Made by a program: the position numbers and the translations under genes
Assembly: GCA_965215185.1 (NCBI GenBank)
Contig: OZ244034.1
Span: forward strand, 2,304,001 to 2,368,000
Length of the DNA: 64,000 nt
Source: Acidimicrobiia bacterium
GTDB taxonomy: Bacteria > Actinomycetota > Acidimicrobiia > Spongiisociales > ZC4RG35
Reading direction: 5' to 3'
The notes under the pieces: generated by a model
What the model saw: only the letters and a program-made list of their open reading frames with translations
The model's database searches: none
What the model was told of the DNA's origin: nothing
In this document: positions 61,187-64,000 of the stretch, piece after piece
Layout: every line of letters starts with the position of its first letter
How positions within the stretch are numbered: the stretch's first letter is position 1

Positions 61187-61891
61187 TCAAGCCACCCATG
61201 ATTCTGGGTGTCGCAGGGAGTACTCGTGTCGGACCACGTGATAGCTGGGACGGGTCAACCCCGCGCCCATCGAATCCTGGTGACGACCGATGACACTCTC
61301 GGTGTCCCCTAATTCCAGGGCGTGAGCGACGCTTCCCCACTCGAGCATCACCATGATCTCGGCTTCGCGTCCCGGGTACACCGTGTGCTTTCCCTCTTCG
61401 AAACAAACCCTGCCCCGAACGAACCCCTCCATACCCCGCAGGCGGGGGAATTCCTCGGCGCCGTACCACTCCAAGAGCCGGGGTCGCTGGGCGACGGGCA
61501 GGTCGAAACGGATAGTGGTGACCGCCGGGCCGATTACGGTGCCTGCCAAGCTGGGCCGGTGCGGATCGTCATGAACAGAATCGGCGATGCCCTCGGTGAG
61601 CACTTGATCGTAAATCATCAGTGAGTGGTTGAATATCTTTTCCGCAACGATCACATCCAACTGCTGGTCGGCCATCCTGGTGCGGTCGTAGGTCTCACTG
61701 AATATGTGCACTCCCGGGATCTCATAGAAGTTGCATATCCACGGCGACCCGACCACCGCCTGGTAGCCATGAGCGCTGTACATACCAACCGACACCACAT
61801 CTGGACCATGCCGACGCTTGTACCAGTCGGTGAACTCCGGCACATAATCGGGATCAACATCCATTCGGGAGTTGTACATCTTCGGCAGCAT
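61187..61891 (-). CDS. Hypothetical protein (EthD/DUF4286-like two-domain), tandem copy 1
   Basis: EFTDWYKRRH and LLEWY..EEF..PGF patterns of dimeric alpha/beta barrels. Confidence 0.7.
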   Translation of the reverse strand: MLPKMYNSRMDVDPDYVPEFTDWYKRRHGPDVVSVGMYSAHGYQAVVGSPWICNFYEIPGVHIFSETYDRTRMADQQLDVIVAEKIFNHSLMIYDQVLTEGIADSVHDDPHRPSLAGTVIGPAVTTIRFDLPVAQRPRLLEWYGAEEFPRLRGMEGFVRGRVCFEEGKHTVYPGREAEIMVMLEWGSVAHALELGDTESVIGRHQDSMGAGLTRPSYHVVRHEYSLRHPESWVA

Positions 61892-61969
61892 CTGCGCTCC
61901 TGTCTTGCGGTAAAAAGGGCGGGAAAAGACGCCTCTCAGCCTAGTGCTCAGGGACGATCTCCTCCCGGG

Positions 61970-63223
61970 TCACCTCTCCTTTTTTGCGATCCCGAAGGTG
62001 ATGGGAAGAGTCTCCAACAGCCGGAATTGAAAGTGGGGGCGGCGGCGGAACTCGGTGGCCGCCAACCGGATGGGATCAAAGCGTTGGAGCAACTCCCTGA
62101 TCGCAACCTGCGCCTCCATGCGAGCCAGGGGCGCTCCCAGGCAAAGGTGCCTACCCCCGCCGAAAGAGAGGTGCTTGATGTCCGGACGGTGGATATCTAT
62201 TTGGTCAGGATGATCGTAGAGATCTGGGTCGCGGTTGGCGGCGGCGATCAGAGCCAGGACCCGCTCTCCCGGAAACATGCGCTCCCCGTCCACCTCCCAA
62301 TCGGTGGTCAGATAGCGATAGTGGGCATGCAGCGGCGCTTCCCAGCGCAGGAACTCCTCCACCGCGTTGGACACCAACTCTGGGGAGGACCGCAGGAGGT
62401 CCATCTGCTCGGGGTTCTGGAGGAGGCCCAGCACCATCGAGCCGATCAGGCCCATGGTGGTCTCGAACCCGGCAGTGAGCAGACCGCGAAGCGTGGCGAT
62501 CAGTTCGTCACGCGACAGCCGGTCTCCAACCTCTTCCAACGCCACCAGACGGGAAGTGAGATTGTCGGAGGGAAACTCTCGATGGCGGTCTACCAAAGCG
62601 CCCAGATACTCGATGAAATTGCCACAGGATCGATGGCACAACTCGATGCCCTCCTCGTCGTTGGCGTCGGGCACGAACATGCGGAGCAGATCGGGAGTCC
62701 AATCCATCAGCATCTGCCAATCCTGGTCGGGGATTCCCAGAAGGCCACAGATCACCCGCATGGGCACCACCATGGCGAAATCCGACATCACTTCCATCTC
62801 TCCCCGCGGCTCTACCGCATCCAACGCCTCGGTGACGATTCGCTCAACCATGGGGCGGTATCCCTCGGTAGCGCGAGGGGTGAAGGCCGGACTCAGCAGG
62901 CGGCGCAGTCGAGTGTGGTCGGGCGGGTCGGACATGGAGATGCTGTGCGCCCACATCCGGGCCGCCGGACCTCCGCGCAGGGCCTTGGGAATCTCTCCTC
63001 CGGGCGGGCGCATCCGAGAAGCCGAACTTCCCAACACCGATGCGGCGTCTGGGAACCGGCTCACCACCCGGGCGCCGCCGTCGCCCAAGGCCGCCTGGCC
63101 GACCGGGCATTGCTGGCGAAGCCGCTCGTACACCGGGTAGGGGTCGGCCAGTAACTCCGGGTCGGTGGGATCGTAGACGATCCTCGTCCCCTCATCCCCT
63201 TTTGGCGATGGCGCTGTGTTCAT
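61970..63223 (-). CDS. Cytochrome P450
   Basis: DPPDHTRLR, AGFETT, EEFLR, FGGGRHLCLG. Confidence 0.96.
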   Translation of the reverse strand: MNTAPSPKGDEGTRIVYDPTDPELLADPYPVYERLRQQCPVGQAALGDGGARVVSRFPDAASVLGSSASRMRPPGGEIPKALRGGPAARMWAHSISMSDPPDHTRLRRLLSPAFTPRATEGYRPMVERIVTEALDAVEPRGEMEVMSDFAMVVPMRVICGLLGIPDQDWQMLMDWTPDLLRMFVPDANDEEGIELCHRSCGNFIEYLGALVDRHREFPSDNLTSRLVALEEVGDRLSRDELIATLRGLLTAGFETTMGLIGSMVLGLLQNPEQMDLLRSSPELVSNAVEEFLRWEAPLHAHYRYLTTDWEVDGERMFPGERVLALIAAANRDPDLYDHPDQIDIHRPDIKHLSFGGGRHLCLGAPLARMEAQVAIRELLQRFDPIRLAATEFRRRPHFQFRLLETLPITFGIAKKER

Positions 63224-63240
63224 GTGACTGCTTTTCGTGT

Positions 63241-64000
63241 CTAGGCCCCGCTCATCGCCCGCAGTTCCCGCTTGAGGATCTTGCCCTGGGTGTCGATCGG
63301 GAGGCTCTCCACCACGTGAACCGCCTTGGGGACCTTGTAACCGGCCAAGGATTGCTTGCAGTGGACGATCACCGCCGCCGGATCAACCTCAGCGCCGGGC
63401 GCGATCACCGCGAAAGCCGTCACCGCTTCCGACCAGTAGTCGTCGGGGACCCCCACCACCGCCACCTGCATGATTCCCGGATATCCGTACAGCACTCGCT
63501 CCACCTCTTGGCTGGAGACGTTCATGCCGCCGCTTTTGATCATGTCCTTTTTGCGGTCGAAGAAGAACAGGTTGCCATCGTCGTCGATTCTCACCAGGTC
63601 ACCGGTGCGCAGCCACCCATCCCGGAACACCTCGGCGGTCTTCTCCGGATCGCGGTAGTAGCCGACCATGGCGGAAGGAGACCGGCAAGCCAACTCACCG
63701 ATTTCGGCATGTTGGTCGTCGTCGTCGAACACCGCTACCTCCAGTTGCGGCACAGCCTTGCCGATCCAGGTGGGATCGCCGCCCGGGATCTCGTCCAGGC
63801 TGCTGAACCACCCGACCGAACCCAACTGGGTGAGTTCCGACTGCCCCCAATAGGTGGCCCACAGTACTTCGGGATTGGCCTTGGCCCATCCTTCCAACAT
63901 GGCCCGGGGAACCGTGCCACCGTAGGTGATGCATCGGCGCAGGCTCGAGAAGTCGTAGTCCTCGAACCCCTCCACCTGGGTCATCGCCAAATAGAAGGTG
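63241..64000 (-). CDS. Acyl-CoA synthetase, C-terminal part (5' end outside window)
   Basis: YWGQSE, RTGDL, GKILKR. Confidence 0.9.
   Translation of the reverse strand, partial: TFYLAMTQVEGFEDYDFSSLRRCITYGGTVPRAMLEGWAKANPEVLWATYWGQSELTQLGSVGWFSSLDEIPGGDPTWIGKAVPQLEVAVFDDDDQHAEIGELACRSPSAMVGYYRDPEKTAEVFRDGWLRTGDLVRIDDDGNLFFFDRKKDMIKSGGMNVSSQEVERVLYGYPGIMQVAVVGVPDDYWSEAVTAFAVIAPGAEVDPAAVIVHCKQSLAGYKVPKAVHVVESLPIDTQGKILKRELRAMSGA

Overview
High-GC actinobacterial DNA. The SLH, LRR and cadherin surface-protein remnants and the acidic lipoprotein solute-binding proteins suggest a host- (e.g. sponge-) associated Acidimicrobiia; this is inference only. Region 1 (1-25.4 kb): amidohydrolases, a corrinoid methyl-transfer operon (UroD/MtaA-like methyltransferase, B12 protein, small Cys-rich protein, RACE-type activator, MeTr) and a CoA/flavin-monooxygenase catabolic cluster. 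Region 2 (25.5-42 kb): an accessory island with a macrodomain gene, a decayed McrB-like gene, an SLH surface protein with four 327-bp repeats, IS3 and IS256 pieces, and a nest of IS110 elements. Region 3 (42-64 kb): more catabolic genes (LLM monooxygenases, CoA ligases, ABC peptide-type importer, amidase, P450). The strongest observation is in the IS110 nest (35.7-41.3 kb). Four putative bridge-RNA non-coding ends from two IS110 subfamilies keep their scaffolds but carry different ~10-nt guides. Each guide matches that element's own insertion flank (7-9 of 10 nt), and every flank lies in another IS: one IS110 sits in the donor-binding loop of another's bridge RNA, two sit in IS110 right ends, and one sits in an IS256 transposase. 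All calls are from reading the sequence; no database searches were run.
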